A DNA stretch of 64,000 bases, from positions 1,278 through 65,277 of the forward strand of contig CALGAK010000124.1 of NCBI GenBank assembly GCA_937954085.1, read 5' to 3'. The notes under the pieces were generated by a model that was not told the DNA's origin, did not search any database, and saw only the letters and a list, made by a program, of their open reading frames with translations. Below, in pieces: positions 1 through 9,476 of this stretch (within the stretch, counting starts at the first letter, position 1; each line of letters starts with the position of its first letter). Origin of the DNA: an uncultured Bacteroidota bacterium (GTDB lineage Bacteria; Bacteroidota; Bacteroidia; Bacteroidales; M50B96). The position numbers were made by a program, and so were the translations under genes.

Positions 1-1297
1 CGAGCCATTCACTCAAATCGGATTGAAGTTTTTCGCGAATATTGCAATCCAGGCAGACGTGACGGAGCACTTTTTTAGCAGCAGAGAAGTTATCGCGGCG
101 AATGGGAGAGATAATTTTTTTCAATTCGGCTACGACCATTCCAGCTTTATCGACACCTTCGCGTTTGCAACGGCAGGAGCGATTTTCCATGATGCTGATT
201 AGGTTTTTGCGTTCGGCTTCGATGGGTGCTTTAAATTTCTCCCAAGCTTCTTTACGAGCTTTTTTAGTACGATCCATCGATTCTTTTTCGACTTGATCTA
301 GTTCTTCGACGGTCGCAATTCCTTCGGCTAAAATCCATTCGCGCATTTTGCGAAGTGGGTCGAAATCGATTTCCCACTGCAATCGTTCTTCCGACTTATA
401 TCGTTCGTGCGAACCCGAGGTGGAGTGACCTTGAGGCTGAGAAACTTCGGTAACGTGAATAGCAACCGGAACATGCTCGGTTCTACATTTTGCAATTGCT
501 TCCTGATAGGTTGCAACCAACGATGGATAATCCCAACCTTTCACTTTGTAGATTTCGTATCCTTGTCCGTCTTCGTCGGTTTGAAATCCTTTTAAAAGGG
601 CAGAAATATTCTGTTTCGTTGTTTGATATTTTTGAGGAACGGAAATACCGTATCCATCGTCCCAAATAGAAATGGCCATGGGAACTTGCAGCACACCGGC
701 AGCATTGATTGTTTCCCAGAAATGACCTTCGGAAGTACTGGCATCGCCAATAGAACCAAAAGCTACTTCATTTCCTTGGTTGGACAAGGTGCTGTATTGA
801 TGCAATTCTTTATTCTCGCGGAATAATTTCGAGGCCCAGGCTAAACCGAGTAAGCGGGGCATTTGACCAGCTGTGGGAGAAATATCGGCCGAGGTATTTG
901 GCTGTTTCGTTAAATCTTTCCAGCTTCCATCCGGATTGATGGAACGGCTACCAAAGTGGTTATTAAAAGAACGGCCACCATTACTTGGACTTAATTCGGC
1001 ATTGGTTTCACCATACAGTTGGTAGAAAAATTCTTCGGGTGAGAAAAGCCCTACAGCCATCATCCAGGTTTGATCGCGGTAATAACCCGAGCGCCAATCG
1101 CCATTTTGAAATGTTTTTGCCAAGGCTATTTGAGCCACCTCTTTTCCGTCGCCAAAAATCCCAAATTTAGCCTTACCGGTGAGAACCTCTTTACGACCAA
1201 TCACAGAACAATTCCTACTTACATTTGCAAGGTAGTAATCGGCCATGACCTCCTTCTTGTAATTCTCATCGATTTTTTTTGCCTTTTTAGTTGACAT
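1..1297 (-). CDS. TPP-dependent alpha-ketoacid dehydrogenase E1 component (fused alpha/beta type), N-terminal part; the 3' end runs off the window
   Basis: Absent from the ORF track because it is open at the window edge. My reverse-strand translation from the ATG at 1297 reads MSTKKAKKIDENYKKEVMADYYLANVSRNCSVIGRKEVLTGKAKFGIFGDGKEVAQIALAKTF...GSIGDASTSEGHFWETINAAGVLQVPMAISIWDDGYGISVP... with no stop down to base 1. The GDASTSEG / WDDGYGIS pattern is typical of E1 alpha TPP-binding domains. Confidence 0.7.
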   Translation of the reverse strand, partial: MSTKKAKKIDENYKKEVMADYYLANVSRNCSVIGRKEVLTGKAKFGIFGDGKEVAQIALAKTFQNGDWRSGYYRDQTWMMAVGLFSPEEFFYQLYGETNAELSPSNGGRSFNNHFGSRSINPDGSWKDLTKQPNTSADISPTAGQMPRLLGLAWASKLFRENKELHQYSTLSNQGNEVAFGSIGDASTSEGHFWETINAAGVLQVPMAISIWDDGYGISVPQKYQTTKQNISALLKGFQTDEDGQGYEIYKVKGWDYPSLVATYQEAIAKCRTEHVPVAIHVTEVSQPQGHSTSGSHERYKSEERLQWEIDFDPLRKMREWILAEGIATVEELDQVEKESMDRTKKARKEAWEKFKAPIEAERKNLISIMENRSCRCKREGVDKAGMVVAELKKIISPIRRDNFSAAKKVLRHVCLDCNIREKLQSDLSEWL

Positions 1298-1579
1298 ATG
1301 ATTGATTTTTAGTGTTAAAACCCTTAAAAAATTAGAAGGGCAAAGATGTAAAATTTGAACGCATTCTACACCTTATGGATTTTAAAATTGCTTAACTCCC
1401 AAACATACACCCTTAATGAATGTTCATAAAAGTCGGCTTTTTTATCCCCCTACTTCCCTGCACAAGCCAACAACCCTAAACCTTGCCTGAAAAATATGTC
1501 GTAAAATAGCTCCAATTTCCTGTAGTGCTCATTCTTCTATAAGCTTTTACGATTAGTTTTGTAGGATAAATTTCATGCT

Positions 1580-1888
1580 ATGCAATTACTCGTATTCCTT
1601 GGTATAACCATTGCTTTTGTCGCCCTTATTTTTCTGGGCCTCGCAGTAAAAATCCTGTTTAAAAAAGATGGTGAATTCCCGGAGCATCGGATTGGTCATA
1701 ACCGTTTAATGCGGAAGAAAAAAGTGTACTGCGTTAAAACACAAGATGTAATAGAGCGAAAGCAATACTACAAACGCCTCAAAGCTGCTGCCGAAGAGCA
1801 ACGATTAATTATGCAAAACATTCCGATCGACGACGAGGATTTACCCTCTAAAACCGACTACCGGAACCTCCGACTCGCCGAATCGTAA
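1580..1888 (+). CDS. Small single-pass membrane protein (N-terminal TM helix, charged tail)
   Basis: 102-aa ORF. N-terminus LLVFLGITIAFVALIFLGLAVKILFKKDGEFPEHRIGHN is one hydrophobic helix followed by a basic stop-transfer segment. The N-terminal module resembles the next small ORF. Confidence 0.5.
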   Translation: MQLLVFLGITIAFVALIFLGLAVKILFKKDGEFPEHRIGHNRLMRKKKVYCVKTQDVIERKQYYKRLKAAAEEQRLIMQNIPIDDEDLPSKTDYRNLRLAES

Positions 1889-1968
1889 GCAACACTGAAC
1901 CGAAATCATCCTCCTTTGTTAGCATTATAAATAATATTTTTGAATCTCTTATTCCGAAAAATCATCGT

Positions 1969-2148
1969 ATGTATATCAAACTGCTTTTATTCGCTTTAGG
2001 CTTAATGACCATAGCTCTTTCGGGTCTAGCTTTAAAATTATTCTTCTCCAAAAAGGGAATTTCTGGAGGTAGTTGCCAAGCAGCTTCCGAACTAGGAGAC
2101 GACCGCGTGGCATGTGGTTGCGGGACCGATTCCTGCAGCACGAACTAG
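1969..2148 (+). CDS. 59-aa Cys-rich single-pass membrane protein (below the ORF-track length cut-off); NqrM/DUF539-like or FeoB-associated Cys-rich type
   Basis: Hand translation: MYIKLLLFALGLMTIALSGLALKLFFSKKGISGGSCQAASELGDDRVACGCGTDSCSTN*. It has one TM helix and exactly four Cys, and is followed about 20 nt downstream by a strong terminator hairpin. Confidence 0.45.
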   Translation: MYIKLLLFALGLMTIALSGLALKLFFSKKGISGGSCQAASELGDDRVACGCGTDSCSTN

Positions 2149-2165
2149 TTGACACATCAGGGCAT

Positions 2166-2208
2166 AAAAAAACGGTAAACCGATGAAAGGGTTTACCGTT
2201 TTTTTTTG
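2166..2208. terminator. Bidirectional intrinsic terminator between convergent genes
   Basis: 11-bp perfect stem aacggtaaacc (2171-2181) / ggtttaccgtt (2190-2200) with an 8-nt loop. An A-run lies upstream and a T-run downstream. Confidence 0.8.
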
Positions 2209-2244
2209 TTCTATCCCGCAGGTGGTATAGAATCTTGGCTGCGA

Positions 2245-4329
2245 TTACTGAACGATGAGTTTGCGGGTTATTGTGCCCCAATCCGTTTCGACTTTAATAA
2301 AATAAACCCCAGCCGCCATCTCTCCAAAAGCTTGCAAGGCAAATTGATTATTTCCGGGGAGTAAATCCGTTTGAATCGAGCGAATCAGTCCCGCTTGCAG
2401 GCTCATTAAATGCACTGTAGCAGCACCAGCCGACGGACTAATCATTTCGACGGTACCATCGCCATGAGTTGGATTGGGGTAAACTCGAACCTGGAAATCA
2501 GCATCTAACACTTCATCGGCCGAGAGGGTAACACCCAAATTGATGTGGTCGAGGAAGAAATTATTCCCCTGACTACTAATCATTTGGAATTTAAGTTGAA
2601 AAGAGCCGCCAGCATCGACATTGGCTGTTAAGTCACGTTCTACGTGAATCCATTCCTCGCTGGACGGAACAAAGTTGAACCAGCTAACTTCTCCTCCGGT
2701 AGATGAAAGGAAGTACCCGCTTCGCAGAAATCGTACCTGCCAGGTTTTACCACAATCTTTGGAGATAAAGAGTATAAATTCATCGTCCGACTCTTCAAAT
2801 GCTTGAGCGTAGGCGTAGTCAAAACTAAGTTGAACACTTTCGGTATTTTCCGGTAAAAATATTTGGGGCGAGAGGAGGGTACTTTTAGCTCCTTCCTCGT
2901 TGTACGAATTACGTACTACGAGTGCGCCTACCCCATCGGAACCAACGGTTGAGGTATATTCCCAACCTACATTTCCGCTTTGTTCCAGAATCCAATTGGA
3001 TCCGGACCAATCGGAGAATCGGGGGAATTGACCGAGTGTGAAATTTTCTGTTAAAGGAGGTTGAACAGAGGCATCTTGAGTAATTACCTGAATAAAATCC
3101 TGTTTGACAAGGGAATCGGCTCCCATCTGGCTAATCACTTTTAATTGCACTGGATATTCACCTGGATTTTCGTACATCACAAAAGGATTTTCCTCGCTGG
3201 AAAATTCAGGTGTCCCGCCAGGAAAATACCATTCGAACGAACCAACCTCTCCATTGAAAGACAGTTCAAATACCTGCACTTCTTCTCCGGGACAAATTAT
3301 CCGACGGGGAGCATAAAAGTCGGCTTGAGCGATACAAGGCTGAGCCTGATAAAAAGGATGGGTTCCGGTTTCAAAGAGATTGCTTTCCTGCCAGAGGCTA
3401 CTCCGCTCACTAATCGATGAGGCCAATGCAGCCTGCATCCTGGCTCCCTGACCATGGGTAAACATTCTTGTACAATAGGAATACTCCATGAAATTCTGAA
3501 CATTATCGAGCGATCCACAAGTAACTGCCGACAGATTACAGCTAGTATGCCCGATGGTGAGTGGAGTATCTTCTACCCCATCGTCGATATTACAGTTATC
3601 GGCAAGACCCGGTTCATTGGAATTACCCCAAGGATGAGCTAAGTTCAAATAATGTCCGACTTCGTGAGTAAGCGTGTGGCTCCGATTAAGCGACGAAGTT
3701 CCGATTCCACCCACATAATCGTGTCGAATCACAATTCCATCCCGATTAGGACCAATACCTGGGTAGTAAGAATATCCAGCCGCGCCGGATGCGATTGAAC
3801 CAACGACCCAAATATTCAAATAACTACCTCGTGGCCAGCGCGAAAAATCCTTTAGATCGTCGCTTCCGGCATACGCTAAATCGGTATAAATCCGAACAAT
3901 TCCTTCGGTACAATTCCCTTCAGGATCGAGTTTAGCCAGACGGAATTCAATTTCGGAATCGGTAGCAAGGGGTTTAAACGCATTGATAATAATACTGGTG
4001 TCGGGGTTTTTACGACGAAAATCCTGATTCAGGATTTCGACTGCATTATGGATTTGCTCTTTACTGATATTTTCTTCGCCATAAGCATGCATCACATGAA
4101 ATACGACAGGAATAATTCTGAGGCCTTCGTTAACCTGACGGGTTTGAATATACTCACGAGTAAAAGCTTCGAGTTCCTGATGACGATAATAGACGGATGA
4201 ATCCTCCTGAATGGCTTCTTCCCAACGATGATGTTGGTCGCACAGGTGATCGGCTTGAGAGAAGCCTGCGACAGGAAACAGGACAGATAGAAAGAGAATG
4301 AAAAAAATACTGGATAAAAATCGTTGCAT
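2245..4329 (-). CDS. Secreted zinc metalloprotease, M43 (pappalysin/cytophagalysin)-like, with a PKD-like domain and a T9SS C-terminal sorting domain
   Basis: HEVGHYLNLAHPWG zinc motif. Signal peptide from the internal ATG (MQRFLSSIFFILFLSVLFPVAGFSQ). C-terminus VRVYPNPTHG...GVYFIKVETDWGTITRKLIVQ is a typical T9SS type-A CTD. Start trimmed from 4368 to 4329. Confidence 0.75.
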   Translation of the reverse strand: MQRFLSSIFFILFLSVLFPVAGFSQADHLCDQHHRWEEAIQEDSSVYYRHQELEAFTREYIQTRQVNEGLRIIPVVFHVMHAYGEENISKEQIHNAVEILNQDFRRKNPDTSIIINAFKPLATDSEIEFRLAKLDPEGNCTEGIVRIYTDLAYAGSDDLKDFSRWPRGSYLNIWVVGSIASGAAGYSYYPGIGPNRDGIVIRHDYVGGIGTSSLNRSHTLTHEVGHYLNLAHPWGNSNEPGLADNCNIDDGVEDTPLTIGHTSCNLSAVTCGSLDNVQNFMEYSYCTRMFTHGQGARMQAALASSISERSSLWQESNLFETGTHPFYQAQPCIAQADFYAPRRIICPGEEVQVFELSFNGEVGSFEWYFPGGTPEFSSEENPFVMYENPGEYPVQLKVISQMGADSLVKQDFIQVITQDASVQPPLTENFTLGQFPRFSDWSGSNWILEQSGNVGWEYTSTVGSDGVGALVVRNSYNEEGAKSTLLSPQIFLPENTESVQLSFDYAYAQAFEESDDEFILFISKDCGKTWQVRFLRSGYFLSSTGGEVSWFNFVPSSEEWIHVERDLTANVDAGGSFQLKFQMISSQGNNFFLDHINLGVTLSADEVLDADFQVRVYPNPTHGDGTVEMISPSAGAATVHLMSLQAGLIRSIQTDLLPGNNQFALQAFGEMAAGVYFIKVETDWGTITRKLIVQ

Positions 4330-4443
4330 GTAAATTAATTTGAAACCGGAACATACCGGCAAGTACATCTTAGATGCACAAATATAAAACGGTTGACATT
4401 AATAATCTGAAAAACACCAAGAAAAGCAAAAATGTTTAGCAGC

Positions 4444-5169
4444 CTATTTCCTCAATTCGAAGTTTTGACCTAGGTAAACTTTCCGCACGTGTTCGTCTTC
4501 CGAGAGTTCTTCGGCTGTTCCCGATTTAAGAACCGAGCCTTCGAAAAGCAGGTAAGCGCGATCGGTTATTGAAAGGGTTTCATGCACATTATGATCGGTG
4601 ATTAGGATACCGATATTTTTTTCGCGCAGCTTACTGATGATTTGCTGAATATCTTCTACCGCGATGGGGTCGACACCGGCGAAAGGTTCATCGAGCAATA
4701 TGAATTTAGGATTAAGGGCAAGAGCTCTAGCTATTTCCGTTCTTCGGCGTTCTCCTCCGGAGAGTTGAATGCCTAGACTTTTTCGAATTTTTTCCAAGCC
4801 AAATTCTTGAATCAACCGTTCGGTGGTTTCGATTTGTTCTGCTTTGGGGAGATTGGTCATTTCGAGTACCGAAAAGATATTGTCTTCTACACTTAGTTTT
4901 CGAAAAACAGAGGCCTCTTGAGCAAGATAGCCTAAGCCCCGTTGAGCTCTCCGATAAACCGGCTCTCCGGTAATCTCGATATCGTCCATATAAATACTAC
5001 CGGAAAAAGGTTTTATCAAGCCCACAATCATATAGAAGCTAGTGGTTTTACCGGCTCCGTTTGGACCGAGCAAACCCACAATTTCACCCTGATTGACTTC
5101 GATGGAAACCCCTTTTACAACGGTACGTTTCTTATACTTCTTTACAATATTTTCAGCTCGTAGCAACAT
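4444..5169 (-). CDS. lptB: LPS export ABC transporter ATP-binding protein
   Basis: 241 aa. Walker [10 protein letters not shown], signature LSGGERRR, Walker [14 protein letters not shown]. The size and C-terminal region fit LptB. Confidence 0.85.
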   Translation of the reverse strand: MLLRAENIVKKYKKRTVVKGVSIEVNQGEIVGLLGPNGAGKTTSFYMIVGLIKPFSGSIYMDDIEITGEPVYRRAQRGLGYLAQEASVFRKLSVEDNIFSVLEMTNLPKAEQIETTERLIQEFGLEKIRKSLGIQLSGGERRRTEIARALALNPKFILLDEPFAGVDPIAVEDIQQIISKLREKNIGILITDHNVHETLSITDRAYLLFEGSVLKSGTAEELSEDEHVRKVYLGQNFELRK

Positions 5170-5180
5170 ATCTTTTTGAA

Positions 5181-6044
5181 TTAAGTCAATCCTTCGGCTT
5201 CCAGCATGCGTTTGCGTTCAATCCGTCGAGTTATTTTAATACTCACTTCGTATAAAATGACCAAGGGAATACCCACTAGCAATTGACTAAACACATCGGG
5301 AGGAGTAATAATTGCCGAGAGGAGCAGAATTACGATGATCGAATGCCGGCGATATTTCCGAAGGAATTCGGCGCTTACCAATCCGATTTTAGCCAAAAAG
5401 TAAACCATAACCGGCAGTTCGAATACGATACCGGCTGCCAGAACCACCGAACTTAAGGTTGAGATATAGGAGTTGAGATTAATTTCGTTGGCCACCGAAG
5501 AACTCACTTGATAAGAGCCTAAGAAATGAATAGTAAGCGGAGTAATGAGGTAATAGCCAAAAAGGACACCCGCCATAAACAGACCAGACGTATAAAAAAT
5601 GGCTCCTCTGCTATGTTTCACTTCTTTGTCGTAGAGAGCAGGTTTGATGAAACGCCACATTTCCCAGAACACATAAGGAAATGCCAGCACTAGGCCGAGC
5701 AACAGCGAAATTCGGATATGCGTTGAAAACTGTCCGGCCATATTAATATTGTATATCTCGAGGGGTTCGGTATTGATACAAAGCAATGCGGGCGAAACAG
5801 TAATGGAAAGCCAAGCAAGGCCTTTACTCATAAGAGCTCCTGCTTCGCAAAGCATCCGATTGGTCCAAAATGCGGCGTCTTTGGGTGCGAAAATAATTTC
5901 CTCAAAAATATAATCGCTGAAAAGAAATACCACTATTGCCAGAAGGACGACAGCCAGAACCGCACGCATCAGGTGCCACCGAAGTACTTCCAGATGATCG
6001 AGAAAAGTCATTTCGACTTGTTCATTCAAATTTTGTCGGGCCAT
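5181..6044 (-). CDS. tatC: Twin-arginine translocase subunit TatC
   Basis: 287 aa polytopic membrane protein. The N-terminus [18 protein letters not shown] and the six-helix pattern are typical of TatC. Confidence 0.8.
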   Translation of the reverse strand: MARQNLNEQVEMTFLDHLEVLRWHLMRAVLAVVLLAIVVFLFSDYIFEEIIFAPKDAAFWTNRMLCEAGALMSKGLAWLSITVSPALLCINTEPLEIYNINMAGQFSTHIRISLLLGLVLAFPYVFWEMWRFIKPALYDKEVKHSRGAIFYTSGLFMAGVLFGYYLITPLTIHFLGSYQVSSSVANEINLNSYISTLSSVVLAAGIVFELPVMVYFLAKIGLVSAEFLRKYRRHSIIVILLLSAIITPPDVFSQLLVGIPLVILYEVSIKITRRIERKRMLEAEGLT

Positions 6045-6053
6045 AGATGCAAA

Positions 6054-7049
6054 TTAAATAATCCCTTCGCGTAAGATATCGTGTAAGTGGATCATTCCCT
6101 GATATCCACTATCATTCCGAACGATTAGCTGCGTAATTTTGTTTTTCTCCATGAGCTGATACGCTTTAACAGCCAGGTCGTCGGGTTGAACCGATTTAGG
6201 GTTCAGGCTCATTAGGTCCGATGCTTTTAGATGCGTGAAATCTTCGTATTTTTCCAACATACGGCGAATATCGCCATCGGTTATAATCCCGAGTATCTCT
6301 CTGTTTTTATTTAAAACAACGGTAGCTCCCAATCGCTTACCCGATATTTCCATAATCACCTTGCGCACAGAATCGGATTCACTCACTTTAGGCACTGGGT
6401 TCACTTTGTAAATATCGCCGACCGTCATGTATAATTTTTTCCCCAGTGAGCCACCCGGATGGAAGCGAGCGAAATCGACATCGGAAAATCCTTTTAGATG
6501 AAGCAGGCAAACAGCGAGAGCATCGCCCATAACCAATTGAGCGGTAGTAGAAGAGGTCGGAGCTAAGTTATTGGGGCAAGCTTCCCGTTCAACAAAGGAG
6601 TTGATTACGGAATCGGCCTGATCGGCCAGGTATGAATCGGTATTACCCACCAGAGCGATAACCGGATTGCCCAAATTTTTAATGAGCGGGATAAGCACTT
6701 TTATTTCGGGAGTATTACCCGATTTCGAGATGCAGATAACGACATCTTCCGGACGAATGATACCCAGATCGCCGTGAATGGCATCGGCTGCATGCATAAA
6801 GATAGCCGAGGTTCCGGTTGAGTTCATGGTCGCCACCATTTTTTGAGCGATGTTGGCACTTTTACCTATACCACTAATAATGACCCTTCCTTTAGCGTTC
6901 AGAATAATGTTAACCGAATCGACAAAGCCTTGATTGAGCAGATTTTTCAAATTTTGCACTGCTTCTGCTTCTGCCTGAATTGTTTTTTGAGCGATGGCAA
7001 GAATTTCTTCTTCCTTACCTACTGAAATATGCGCTAATTCACTATTCAT
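6054..7049 (-). CDS. kdsD: Arabinose-5-phosphate isomerase (KpsF/GutQ family, SIS plus tandem CBS domains)
   Basis: SIS motif ISGIGKSANIAQKMVATMNSTG and a C-terminal CBS pair. Start trimmed to the ATG at 7049, because the track start at 7088 is a TTG. Confidence 0.8.
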   Translation of the reverse strand: MNSELAHISVGKEEEILAIAQKTIQAEAEAVQNLKNLLNQGFVDSVNIILNAKGRVIISGIGKSANIAQKMVATMNSTGTSAIFMHAADAIHGDLGIIRPEDVVICISKSGNTPEIKVLIPLIKNLGNPVIALVGNTDSYLADQADSVINSFVEREACPNNLAPTSSTTAQLVMGDALAVCLLHLKGFSDVDFARFHPGGSLGKKLYMTVGDIYKVNPVPKVSESDSVRKVIMEISGKRLGATVVLNKNREILGIITDGDIRRMLEKYEDFTHLKASDLMSLNPKSVQPDDLAVKAYQLMEKNKITQLIVRNDSGYQGMIHLHDILREGII

Positions 7050-7277
7050 AAACCTGATTATGTGGAGTTTTGGCAGGAGTCTTAACAATCGTTAAGAGCC
7101 CACGAAATGGCAAAAGTAAGATTTATCTTTATGTCCCGTTTTAAAATTTGCTATTTAGGTATTTGTTAATTACTTTTATAAGGGGTATGAAATCAGACCG
7201 AGCTTCCAAGGCGAGCATCCAATTCATTCCCCATTTATTTTGAATCTTTAGTCAATCATAAACATCAATCTTCCTCC

Positions 7278-9467
7278 ATGGCCGAAGTTGTTGAATATCC
7301 AGTCTTGGACACCTTAAAACGCTATTTTGGATTTACCAGTTTCAAGGGATTGCAAGAGCCCATCATAGAAAATGTTTTACAGGGGAACGACACTTTTGTA
7401 TTAATGCCAACCGGTGGTGGCAAATCCTTATGTTATCAGCTCCCATCTCTTCTTCTCGAGGGAACTGCCATTGTTATATCGCCCCTCATCGCCTTGATGA
7501 AGAACCAGGTCGATGCGATGCGCGGTTTTAGCTCGGAAGATGGGGTTGCTCACTTCATGAACTCCTCGCTCACCAAGTCGGCTATCGTCAAGGTGAGGGA
7601 AGATGTAATGATGGGCAAGACCAAGCTGCTTTACGTGGCTCCTGAATCGCTTACGAAACAAGAAAATATCGATTTTTTAAAGAAGATTCAAATCTCCTTT
7701 TATGCAATCGACGAAGCGCATTGCATTTCGGAATGGGGGCATGATTTTCGACCGGAGTACCGAAGAATTCGTCCTATCGTGAATGAAATAGGACGAGCTC
7801 CTATCATTGCTCTTACTGCAACAGCCACTCCGAAAGTACAACACGATATACAGAAAAACCTGGGGATGCTCGATGCCGAGGTTTTCAAATCCTCCTTCAA
7901 TCGCGACAACCTGTACTACGAGATTCGACCTAAAGTAAATACCGAAAAAGAAATCATCAAGTACATTAAAAACAATTCCGGTAAAAGTGGAATCATTTAC
8001 TGCCTGAGTCGAAAAAAAGTAGAAGAACTGGCTGAGACTTTAGTGGTTAATGGAATCAAAGCACTACCCTACCACGCCGGGATCGATTCCGCCACGCGGT
8101 CAACTAATCAGGATAAGTTCCTCATGGAGGATGTGGATGTAATTGTAGCAACCATTGCTTTTGGAATGGGAATCGACAAACCCGACGTTCGGTTTGTGAT
8201 TCACTACGATATTCCTAAAAGCCTCGAAGGATATTATCAGGAAACGGGGCGATCGGGGCGCGACGGTGGCGAAGGACAATGCATCACTTTTTACTCGTAT
8301 AAAGACATTCAGAAACTGGAAAAATTCACTCAGGGGAAACCGGTTGCCGAACAAGAAATTGGCAAACAACTGCTCCTCGAAACGGTTGCTTATGCTGAAT
8401 CGTCGATCTGTCGTCGAAAAATCCTGCTTCATTATTTTGGAGAAGAATACCATCAGGAGAATTGTGGTAACTGCGACAATTGCCTTAATCCTAAGACCAA
8501 GTTCGAAGGAAAAGACGATGTAATTTTGGCCTTAGAAACCATTCTGGCAGTAAAAGAGAAATTCAAAGCCGACCATGTGGCCCATGTTCTAACCGGCAAT
8601 ATCACCGCAGCTGTAAAATCCTACCGCCACCACACCCTCGAAGAGTTTGGGATGGGACGCGATAAAGAAGTCAAATTTTGGAATGCGGTTTTTCGTCAAG
8701 CAATGGTCGCCGGCTTTATCGACAAAGACATCGAAAATTATGGTTTACTAAGAGTAACCCCGAAAGGGAGGGAATTCTTGAATAAGCCCTATTCTTTCAT
8801 GCTAACTCAGGATCACGATTTTGAAGAATCGGATGAAAACCCCGACAACAAATCAGCGGGTACCGGTTCGGTCGATCCGGCCTTGCTTGCCATGCTGAAA
8901 GATTTACGAAAACAAACCGCCAAAAAATTGAACCTGCCTCCATTTGTCATTTTCCAAGACCCATCCCTGGAGGAAATGTCCACACAGTACCCAATCAGCT
9001 TGGAGGAGCTCACTAAAATATCGGGAGTTGGAACCGGCAAAGCACAACGCTACGGCAAGGAGTTTATTGAACTGATTAAAAAGCACGTTGATGAAAACGA
9101 GATTGAACGTCCTCAGGATATGGTCGTTAAATCGATTGTAAACAAATCCGGCTTAAAAGTTTTTATCATTCAGAGTATCGACCGAAAGATGCCTTTGGAA
9201 GATATAGCCAGTGCGAAAGGATTGGATATGATTGAACTCATTGAGGAAATTGAATCGATTGTGAACTCGGGCACACGAATCAACATCAATTATTACATCG
9301 ACGAAGCCATCGACGAAGATAAAGCGGACGATATTTACGAATACTTCCGCGAAGAAGCTGAAACGGAATCGATTGAAGCTGCGTTGAACGAACTGGGAGA
9401 AGATCAATACAGCGAAGAAGAAATTCGACTGATACGCATTAAGTTTATGTCGGAGCTGGGGAATTAA
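7278..9467 (+). CDS. recQ: ATP-dependent DNA helicase RecQ
   Basis: PTGGGKSLCYQ Walker A, DEAH box AIDEAHCISEWGHDFRPEY, Zn-binding CRRK...CGNCDNC, and a C-terminal HRDC-like region. Confidence 0.9.
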   Translation: MAEVVEYPVLDTLKRYFGFTSFKGLQEPIIENVLQGNDTFVLMPTGGGKSLCYQLPSLLLEGTAIVISPLIALMKNQVDAMRGFSSEDGVAHFMNSSLTKSAIVKVREDVMMGKTKLLYVAPESLTKQENIDFLKKIQISFYAIDEAHCISEWGHDFRPEYRRIRPIVNEIGRAPIIALTATATPKVQHDIQKNLGMLDAEVFKSSFNRDNLYYEIRPKVNTEKEIIKYIKNNSGKSGIIYCLSRKKVEELAETLVVNGIKALPYHAGIDSATRSTNQDKFLMEDVDVIVATIAFGMGIDKPDVRFVIHYDIPKSLEGYYQETGRSGRDGGEGQCITFYSYKDIQKLEKFTQGKPVAEQEIGKQLLLETVAYAESSICRRKILLHYFGEEYHQENCGNCDNCLNPKTKFEGKDDVILALETILAVKEKFKADHVAHVLTGNITAAVKSYRHHTLEEFGMGRDKEVKFWNAVFRQAMVAGFIDKDIENYGLLRVTPKGREFLNKPYSFMLTQDHDFEESDENPDNKSAGTGSVDPALLAMLKDLRKQTAKKLNLPPFVIFQDPSLEEMSTQYPISLEELTKISGVGTGKAQRYGKEFIELIKKHVDENEIERPQDMVVKSIVNKSGLKVFIIQSIDRKMPLEDIASAKGLDMIELIEEIESIVNSGTRININYYIDEAIDEDKADDIYEYFREEAETESIEAALNELGEDQYSEEEIRLIRIKFMSELGN

Positions 9468-9476
9468 CCCGGCTTT

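Noticed and set aside
1976-2281. 101-aa minus-strand ORF between the small membrane ORFs and the M43 protease
   Set aside because: It runs antisense through the Cys-rich 59-aa ORF and across the bidirectional terminator hairpin, and overlaps the 3' end of the protease gene. Its Arg/Pro-rich product has no signal. The plus-strand small ORF plus terminator explains the region better.
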